Shown: positions 53,689-64,000 of the stretch, piece after piece
How positions within the stretch are numbered: the first letter of the stretch is position 1
Layout of the letters: every line of letters starts with the position of its first letter
Origin: Octopus vulgaris
Lineage: Eukaryota
Reading direction: 5' to 3'
Assembly: GCA_951406725.2 (NCBI GenBank)
Contig: OX597825.1
Span: forward strand, 27,900,001-27,964,000
DNA length: 64,000 nt
Notes under the pieces: model-generated
What the model was told of the DNA's origin: nothing
The model's database searches: none
The model's input: only the letters and a program-made list of their open reading frames with translations
Program-made: the position numbers and the translations under genes

Positions 53689-54502
53689 ACACACACACAT
53701 ACACACACACATACACACACACACGTATTAACATGACATATATATGCACATACGTATGATGCATATATATATCTATACAAAAGTGCGTATGAATTCATGC
53801 GTAAAATTATTTTTCTTTGTTTCTCTTTATGCTATTCACAAAGTTCCTCAACAGAGTAAATAATTATGATTTTGAACTATTTTTGATCGGAATATGGATA
53901 CAGAAATAAAATAATATATATCTATTTCAGCATGTTTTGTCTGATGTGGCATGTGTGCCAAGTCTGAAAGCACTATACATGGAATACAAATAAATACTGT
54001 TTCCTGAGAAACTTGATCAACTTGGCTTTTTACCATGACATTCATTATAATCAGACACCAAGTTCACTCACAGCAACATAAGCACATACACACACAACAC
54101 ACGCATCTACCAGAGAGAATAAGCTGTGTATATGTTGATGTTTAGTTGTAAATACTTACTACGTATTCTGTAAATTGGCGTTAAATTACTCTAATAGTTC
54201 GTTTTTATTGTAGTTGTCCAAACCTTTAGTTAGAGGGATTAATAATATAAATTAGAGACAGTGGATCAAAGATTTACAAGCAGAAGTTGTTTTTTTTTTT
54301 TACTGGGACGGTCTGATATATCTGGATAATATCAAGTGGAGTACATTATGCGTTTCAATTATGTTATATACGGATTCCTTAATACAAAGGGATAGAGAGA
54401 TAGATACAGATGTATGTATGTATGTATGTATGTATGTATGTATGTATGTATGTATGTATGTATGTATGTATGTATGTATGTATGCGTGTATGTATGAACG
54501 TA

Positions 54503-54552
<50 letters not shown>

Positions 54553-54587
54553 TGCACATACGTAAATAGATACTTAGAGATAGGTAC

Positions 54588-54662
<75 letters not shown>

Positions 54663-55986
54663 CGCAAGACGGGCTTCCGAATCGCTCTTTCTTACTACCA
54701 AACACCATTCACAATTTATCTTTCATCTCAGCGCTACTGTCGATGAACAAATGATCGCACAGTTATATCAAAACTGCAAATCTGTGATTCTAAAGTTAAC
54801 TTATCTACACAGACGTACTTGCGCCTATTTGCATAAGTGTTTAAATAAAGAAAACGCGTGGCTATTATTCTACAAATTTAAAGGTTAATGTGAGTTTCAG
54901 TGTAAACTGGTAATTGTTCAATTGTGTGCATCACAACATTGATAGTGTCAGGTTAACAATGGGTACTTATTTGAAGGTCTGTATCACCCGCTAATAATCC
55001 TTTCAGATAAAGTGTCTTATGGCTTTTGAAGAAACGTGTTTTAAGAAATATTTCGTCTTTCAATTGGAATGCCAGGTGACAGAACAACCTTTACACAAGA
55101 ATGATAGAATACCTGTTGTCAAAGTATCTTAAGAAGAGATAGAAATTGGAAAAAAAATAAATTTTGTCATGCTAATATCTCATTCATTTGAATTCATGCA
55201 AAAATCTGAACAACATGGTACACAATTTTTTTATTGTAAACAACTGAGGATTGATATACGACAGAATGTCACATATAAGAAAAATGAATAAAATAAAATA
55301 ATTAAAACAAACAATTAGCTGGTAATTACTGAAGCTGAAATGTACAGCGCTGTCCATAATATACACTCATTTAAAAAGTAAGTATGTAAGGAAGATTTTC
55401 TCACCCAACTATTTTGACATTTTGGTCGGATGAAGATCAAATTCAAATAGACAGTTACTAGTGCAGCAGACACGGAAATATTTTCTGAAAAAGTTTTAAA
55501 GAATAACATTAAATGAAAATAGAAAACTATGGTGTAATATGTATGCACGGGTTATACGCAACAAGCAATGCCTCACGTGTATGAGCCTGAATGTATCTGT
55601 GCGTCAGTTTGTGTATGTCGCTCCCAAAATGGGACCCGCAAATGTATATAAGAAAACATATGAATATAAAACTATCTGCGTCCATACATACGTACATACA
55701 TGTAATGTATTATACACATATAAGTGTATAAGTGTGTGCATACATACATACGTAAACACACATAATGTATTATTAAGATCTTTCATAAACGAATTATTTC
55801 ACACTCTCAAACACACACACACGTATGAATACGTACATAAAATATGCATCCAGTAAGAGATAGAAAAACTGTAAGAAAGTAAAAGAGAAGCTGATCGAAT
55901 GACATAAATTTTAAGAGAATCTACACACACACACACATATATATATATATTTATATATATGCACGCACACACACACACATACACAT

Positions 55987-56034
<48 letters not shown>

Positions 56035-56055
56035 ATATATATATATATATATATA

Positions 56056-56353
56056 TTGATTGATTGATTGATTCTGGTTTCAGCTCACGAGCTGTGGCCA
56101 TGCTGGGGCACCGCCATTTGGTGTTGCTACATGGTTTTACTTCACGAATGCTTTTTAGCAATTGCCATTTGGTGTATAAGAGAGTTCGATGCAGCTGCCC
56201 TCATCTGCACCTCCTGCCGTGAAGTTGGTTCATCTGGGATACCTGACAAGAAGAGATCCAGTTTCATTTTAAAGACATCTGCATCCACCCCATGCAGGTC
56301 TCTTAGGTTCTTCGGGAGGATATTGAAGAGCTGTGGGCCTCGGAAGCCCAGGC
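56056..56353 (-). mobile_element. CR1-group LINE 3' fragment with intact tail and (AATC)n terminus
   Basis: Uninterrupted LGFRGPQLFNILPKNLRDL...IPDEPTSRQEVQMRAAASNSLIHQMAIAKKHS*. Tail GGCGGTGCCCCAGCATGGCCACAGCTCGTGAGCTGAAACCAG(AATC)n. Confidence 0.9.
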
Positions 56354-56678
56354 AAATGTGGAATGTTTATATATACACGTGAAAAAAATGGACTGAAGAG
56401 GATAGGAGGGGCGACGTTGGTTCGTGAATCGATGAAGAGGTCACGGGATGTGTGACTAAAGATTTCCGGACATATGATAAAAAATAAGAGCAATAATAAA
56501 ACTAATCTAAAGTGAAGTACTAATATATAATGCGTGTATTTCTTTGAGGTAAAATATTTTAAATCAAATAACAAATTAATTTCCAACGCCGAAATATAAG
56601 AACATATATATATATATATGTATGTGTGTGTATGTGTGAACGTATATTTATATTTATATATATATATATAAATATATG

Positions 56679-56711
<33 letters not shown>

Positions 56712-56730
56712 ATAACATATACCCACACAC

Positions 56731-56773
<43 letters not shown>

Positions 56774-56775
56774 TA

Positions 56776-56962
56776 GGAAGAATTCACAAAACGACGAAGA
56801 CAGGTGCTGTAGACAGCAAGCAGCTGTATTAGTTTAACGCTTGGGAAGTGAAAATGTCTTTAACGTTTCGAGCCTACGCTCTTCCACAGAAAGGAACACA
56901 GAAAGAAACAGGGAGAGAAAATAAAGAATGTGTAGTGGCTAGCGATCTATCATGGCGAATGG
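56776..56962 (-). mobile_element. Short Penelope-like tail module in (TA)n with a hammerhead-like motif
   Basis: CTTT-CTGTGGA-A-GAGC-GTAG-GCTC-GAAA-CGT-T-AAAG at 56858-56893, the same architecture as 52608-52642. Confidence 0.55.
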
Positions 56963-57558
56963 TATATTTATATATATGTATATACATATTATACGTGTGT
57001 GTGTGAGCGAGCACGCACGTGAGATTTTATAGAGATATTTTTTCAGGAATCACGAATCATAACTGAACACAATAGTGTATAGAACAGTTGGCTTCTGTTT
57101 ATTCCACATATATTAGCCGAACATTTTCCACATGCCATTCCTTTGAATTGTCGTTTCTTATGTCACATAATTACAAAGTAATATGAAAGCTTGAATTCTG
57201 TCCATCGCATTGCGTGCTTTGTTTAATTTGATCATAAATGCATTTCTTCGGTATCTAAGAATTACTTATAACTATTACCAAATACGCAGAGAGAGCAAGA
57301 AACATACCGAAATACATTCAAACAGAGGCATATATATCTATATATGTGCATGCCTTGTATGTGCGTACATATGAACGCACACAGGGACATACACACGCGC
57401 TTGCACACGCACACACACGCAAGGATATGTGTGTGTGTGTGCGTGTGCGTGTGTGTGTATGTATGTATTCGAATACGTATACGTATGCACCTATATTGAT
57501 TTGTATGAGTATGTATATATTACATATACTATATATATAGTAAATATATAAATAGAAA

Positions 57559-57609
<51 letters not shown>

Positions 57610-57612
57610 AAT

Positions 57613-57658
<46 letters not shown>

Positions 57659-57764
57659 GCATATATATATAAATGCATAATTTCACATATAAACAACATA
57701 CAGAAAACAAAATATATATATACATGCATATGTATATATAGATGCATAATTTCACATATAAACA

Positions 57765-57835
<71 letters not shown>

Positions 57836-58475
57836 CCATGATATATACCATGATGAAAATATTAACACGACCTCGGAGACTAAACACCCCATAATCTAAA
57901 ACGCGAAGAAAAAATAAGTAAAATGATGGTTGCTGCGGAGGCTACAATAAAAATGAACATCTAATAAATAACCAGAACTTATTTATTTCAAACATTATCA
58001 AACATGTCTGCAATAAATATAATCTTTTACTTATAACTGTTTGTTTAATGTCCGACGAAATTGCTTTCACATTGTTTAATATGAACTTTCGTCTATGGCG
58101 GCATTTTTATATGTAAATATTCACACACAGACACACATACACGCACACAAACACACAAATATGTATAAATTTATATATGCGTATGTGTGTGTGTATTTAT
58201 GTATATGTGTGTTTCTGTGTGTGTGTGTGTTTACATAATGCGTGCTTGTTTGCTTGTGAAGAATTTATCTGTGCGGATATGCTTGCGTTTCAACACATAC
58301 GTTAACATGCCTGTAGTTGCGTATATGAAATTGTTTTGGTCTGGGGATATATTCAAATATACATAGAGAAACTCACATATACCCACATACAGACTCACTC
58401 ACACACACACATCTATCTATCTCTGCATTTATCTATGTATGTAAGTATCTATCTATCTATCTGTCTGTCTCTGAC

Positions 58476-58529
<54 letters not shown>

Positions 58530-58840
58530 TCTGTATGTATAAGTGTGTGTGTGTGAACACTTACGTTACTGAATGCATTCATATGTGTGTACGTTTAAGA
58601 TTCTTTTCATCTATTAAAAATATATATTACAATGAATCTATGTGTAATAACTTGTATCAGTCTATTACTCATAAAACTGCGTATGTGTTTTCCACATACA
58701 CACACACTCTTTCATATATATATATATATATATATATATGTACCTATACATATATATATATATATAAAGAGAGAGAGAGAGAGAGAGAAATATATATGTA
58801 AGTATATATATATACATATACATATATGTATGTATGTATG

Positions 58841-58872
<32 letters not shown>

Positions 58873-58953
58873 ATAATATAAATAATATATAAATATATGC
58901 ATATATACATACATATATGTACATACCTACATATCGATGTATATATACATGCA

Positions 58954-59003
<50 letters not shown>

Positions 59004-59824
59004 ATCATGTACATATATGTACACATATACGCACATACGAATATATATCGTTATAAATCTGTCTACGCTTTAAATTGAGATGTTTGTTTACGTGTATGTG
59101 AGAATATAAGTGCCGTTATATACGTGAATATACTGGTATATATTTTGTTTCTTTTACTCGGTGTAAGATTTGAGGGAATCGTCTGCGTGAGCGTGTTTCG
59201 CCTATGTCCGTTTGCTTGTTTGTGTCTATGTGTGTTCCAGAACGTGTGTTCTTTAAATGTGGATGTATATATTTCTGATCTCGTTATGAGTATCTGTTGA
59301 TGCATGTATATCATTGTTATTACTAAATCAAGTTCGGAGACATGACAGTGGAAATGTACAAAGAAGTTGAACATAAATAACACAGGAAAAGTAACTGCGA
59401 AAATGGAAATAATTCTTTGCTGGTTAGATATGTTTTTATAATTTTCTGTTCATGGATAAAGGCAAGAATTATCGATTAAAGGAGACAGTGAACATGATTG
59501 GATCAAAAAATAGCAATATGAATGATAACGCTTAAAATATGATTATGTATTGTAAATTACTATAATAACAACATCAATAATAATGGTTATGTATTACTTT
59601 ATTGTACGGAAACATATAAAGATTTCATCGGGTAATATGGCATGTTGATTTAATAACAGCAATATTGACTGGTTAATTTACTTTAATTAATCTAACCACA
59701 ATGGTATTAAAACTAAAAATATTATTACTGAAGAACTGGAAATTGAAAAATAATGGAATTTTCTAAAAATTGAAATGCTGATTCCTAAAATTGGTACAAC
59801 GGTGTGCTCTTTTTTTTTTTTTTT

Positions 59825-60410
59825 TCGCTGCTGAAAGCCAAACAATTATAACGATATCGAAAATAAACTTATTTACTTTCCAGCAACGAATATTAAATGG
59901 GGATATGAATTTGAAAGAATATGTAAAAGGGTAATCAATTCGAGAATATGAAGATGGTAATGATTTCTCATTCCTTTTATGCGGGTGTACCTTTCATTTT
60001 GGCTTGGTACTCTAGCGTTTCTTTCAATCTATCTGCAGTATCGATTGATATTCGTATCAGTTTGACACGTGACAACAGCCGTTTGGCACAATGCCACACA
60101 CCACTGATGCTGAAAAAACAATCGTATGTATGTTGGACGCATCATTGCTTTATGGGCATCTCGGAAAAAAAAACCTAAAAGATTATAATGAAAAGAATGT
60201 TTTGCAGCAGGAGAAAATGAGCATACTATGGGACATTGCATTTTATGTACGAGCAATACCGAGGCAAAACATTTAAATTCCTGCTTGTCAAATGTTACCA
60301 GGAACAGAAGTATCTCGTAATCGATGAAGCACTTGCAAAAAGGCAAAAAGAAATGCAGATTAAAAACAAAAGTAATACATATAATGGTAAGTATTTAGGG
60401 TACGAAAATA
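59825..60410 (+). mobile_element. R4/Dong-like non-LTR element, CCHC/REL-endonuclease region remnant
   Basis: AAESQTIIT..QQRILNG..FLLCGC, NVLQQEKMSILWD, LLVKCYQEQKYLVIDEA. Confidence 0.5.
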
Positions 60411-60483
60411 AAATATACTGACAAATACGTAGCCAACTGCCCACCACTTAAACATCTACATATCGAAAATACAAAGCCATACA

Positions 60484-60751
<268 letters not shown>

Positions 60752-61776
60752 AGAGAGAGATATTGTCAAATAACCTCAATAGGATAATATATAACACACA
60801 GAAACAAAATAAGATTATGCACGTGCACATAAGCACGTTGAGCTTTGATCGTTTTGATAGTAAATGCACGTAATACAAATAAAGCTATTCAGGTAATAAT
60901 AATACACATGTGGCTAGTACAATAGCAATACAAAACTCTAAGATTAAAGTAAATGTCTGAATACATTAACCATTGCTGTAATAAGCTCTACTTGTACTGT
61001 AAATAAATCGGAAAATAAACGGATCTAGTGAGACTAGATAGAAAACAAATCGCAAAATATATAAAATACATTCCACAATACATCAAAGAAAGGGAAAAAA
61101 CGAAGCAGACAGGTTATATTTATCGCTGGTGTAAGCTAGAAGAGTTATACAGTAAGAAAATTACTGTATAATAACTTGTGTTCGTGTACACACACAGACA
61201 CACAACCTCATATTTACACGTATTTACGCACACTCAGATTTAGATACGTGAGTAGTATGTGTATCGACACATACACCCTCACACTATACACGTAAATTCA
61301 CATGCACACGCGTGTATAGTTCTAGTGTTTTATATACATTTATATAGGTGCGTGCTCTCGGAAGTGTGCATTTGTGGTGTCTGTTTGTGTACGTCCACAT
61401 TAGCTATTATTAACTGTAGTAAAAAGTAGAACTGTAGTGAAAAGTAGAACTGTAGTGAAAAGTAAGAATTAGAACAAGAAATTGCCACTAAATATGTTCA
61501 AAAGATTATTTGCAATTCTTATCTTTTGTAATATCCCCTGTGCCGTGTATTTCTACAATGTAGCCGATCGCATCAGAATATCCTACATTAGATCCTGTAA
61601 ATGTACTTAGAGGTTCAATAATCTAGGGTATTTGCAGTACATTCGTCAACCCGAAATAGTACGAACTAATATACGATAAGAATGAAAACGGTATCATTTG
61701 ACCCAAAGTATTAGGACTGCGAGTTTTGAATTTGAGGCATAAATAGTTCCAAGAAAGAGTTTGCACAATTAAACAA

Positions 61777-62145
61777 GTGGTATGTAGCTTGTTTACCAAC
61801 CACATGGTTCCGGGTTCAGTCCCACTGCGTGGCACCTTGGGCGAGTGTCTTCTACTATAACCTCGGGCCGACCAAAGCCTTGTGAGTGGATTTGGTAGAC
61901 GGAAACTGAAAGAAGCCCGTCGTATATATGCATATATATATATGCCGGTGTGTGTGTTTGTGTGAGTGTGTTTGTCCGCCTAGCATTGCTTGACAACCGA
62001 TGCTGGTGTGTTTATGTCCCCGTTACTTAGCGGTTCGGCAAAAGAGACCGATAGAATAAGTCCCGGGGTCGAATTGCTCGATTAAAGGCGGTGCTCCAGC
62101 ATGGCCGCAATCAAATGACTGAAACAAGTAAAAGAGTAAAAGAGT
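61777..62145 (+). mobile_element. SINE family A, near full length, low divergence
   Basis: CCACATGGTTCCGGGTTCAGTCCCACTGCGTGGCACCTTGGG...AATGACTGAAACAAGTAAAAGAGTAAAAGAG. Confidence 0.9.
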
Positions 62146-62549
62146 ATTACCAAAAGATAATAAACATGTATCCGATAAAAATGGTGTCAACGTTATATAG
62201 GAAAGGAATTTACTACTCATATCTCGGAAGTAGCTAATAAGAGTAGGAGTGGAGACGAGAAGAGTACGGCTCTTAAAATGTACACACTTTATAGGTTCAC
62301 TAAAGCCATTGAATGGGACTTTCATATGGAGATAAAAATAACCTTTATCTAAATGTGTTTTGAATGACAGAAGACTAATTTATGGCATATTCACAAATCC
62401 ATCACGGTGCAACAGATGATACATACGCCAATAGAAATATTAAAAGAGAAAATACAACATAGATTGCAAAGAACAACATATGAAAGAAACAACAAAAATA
62501 ATTGTAAACCATGAAGGATATGTCTACCACGGGTAAGACAAATTCGAAA

Positions 62550-63800
62550 TGAAGATAGAAGAGTCAAACTTTAATTTGTAATATACTTACCGATGAACTC
62601 TGATCACGAGAGAAAATATGAATACAAGTGATTATGAGACAGGTTAATATGTAGAAAATTATCAAGATTGGAAATCTGAATACGATGAAAACATTTAAAA
62701 TTAGAATTATCTAAGAAACGAACATGAATAGAGGATTTCTCTTTGGAACGAAGGCGACTTAGTGAAAATAGATGTTTGCGTTGATAACAGCAAAATTTAT
62801 CAAAACATGTCTACGCAGAAGCTAAAAGAGACTCAATGAAATGTGAGAATTTCGTTTAAACCATTTATATACGAGTATCTAATTCCACACAAACAACATG
62901 GAAATCAAACTTGTTACGACCGAAGCAATAAGAGAACATATCTTTTCATCCTTATTGAAATCCAAAAGGCGACACAAATCAAAAACTCGATATAAAGATC
63001 CTAAATATATACAATATAGCAAAATCAGAATTACCAAAATCAAAGAGTGCCTAAATTATTAGATTCCCTCTGTATTGCAAAATAATCCCTCATTATGAAA
63101 AGTGACAACGATTCGTTGAACAAAACAAATAGTTGCATCTGAACTATTATCGGTTTTACCAAGAACTAGGTAAACGTATTAGAGAAATCAATGCCAAAGC
63201 TATAGCTAGAGTAGTTGCAGTATTTTAGGGAGGATTATAGATATAGAATAGATGACAACGACATGGATGTTCAAAGCAACTACAAAATCCGAACATTGGA
63301 AGAAGTAATAACAATACAACTAATATCCCAGAGGCTATTGGAAAGCAATCGGGAATGATCCAAAATTTCTGTTTGGAACAAGCTCGCAAATACTGCTTGC
63401 AAACATATTTAATTTTTTTATTGAAAGAGCCACAAACAATGCGTGAACGGCCTGTGAAGTTAAAACACTCTTAATCCTTAATATTATAACAAGAATAAAC
63501 CCTGAAACTGCAGGTCCTTAACTTACCTGCATATATTATTTAAATCGTTAACTGCAGTGATATTGCAGTGGACAAATGCTTATATGGAAAGAGAAACAAA
63601 AACAAAAATATCTCACTCAATTCCAGTGGAACAGAAAGGATTTTTCAAAGGCGCATCAAAGTGTTGTAATGATCAATTACTGATCAATAAAGCTATAACA
63701 GAAGACTAAAAGGAGAAATAGAGGTTTGAGAATAGCACGGATTGATTACTAGAAGGTTATTGATAGTGTTTCCTCTTATGGATTATGGAAACATTAGCTA
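62550..63800 (+). mobile_element. R4/Dong-like non-LTR element, N-terminal and RT remnant
   Basis: IPVEQKGFFKGASKCCNDQLLINKAITED / KRRNRGLRIARIDY*KVIDSV / WIMETL (63620-63798) matches the R4-clade pattern EQKG..GS.GCKDQL..AWIDY.KAFDSV.H.WI. The left boundary is approximate. Confidence 0.75.
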
Positions 63801-64000
63801 AGAAACGGAGAAGCATTAATAACAAGCAAACATATAAAGTATGCTAACAATAAAAGGTAAATATACAAGACAAATATATTTTGACTAAATTATTCTGATA
63901 AGAAATAATCTTTATCATATACAAATATAGCACAACTAAGTATCTTCATTTCGGATTTTATAGATACGGTGTTTCAGCTAGTGTACACACCAACCATCTT

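Noticed and set aside
61413-61465. Short tandem repeats (AACTGTAGTGAAAAGTAG x3; also 22727-22770 and 57653-57770)
   Set aside because: Ordinary slippage duplications with no repeat-spacer architecture. Not CRISPR-like, and the context is eukaryotic.

Overview
AT-rich, microsatellite-saturated eukaryotic non-coding DNA, probably intronic or intergenic. The SINE families and the (TA)n/(CA)n/(GATA)n/(CATA)n density point to a coleoid cephalopod, most likely Octopus; this is an inference from repeat content. I found no host protein-coding gene I can support. Nearly all ORF-track entries ([12 protein letters not shown], poly-K/S/D) are translations of microsatellites. The window is a transposon graveyard: one full-length Tc1 pseudo-element, three mariner remnants, several CR1-group, RTE and R4/R2-like LINE fragments, four tRNA-derived SINE families, a hAT MITE, a pogo-like MITE and a non-autonomous Helitron. 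Most interesting signals: (1) a canonical type I hammerhead ribozyme fold on the minus strand at 37382-37465, plus several related intact or decayed hammerhead motifs in short microsatellite-embedded, Penelope-like modules; (2) a Helitron whose empty insertion site survives in an adjacent local duplicate; (3) SINE/LINE partnerships visible within the window, one with a covarying 3' hairpin, and a bipartite RTE-derived element; (4) many long fold-back palindromes, several seated in (TA)n tracts. All folds and alignments were done by eye.
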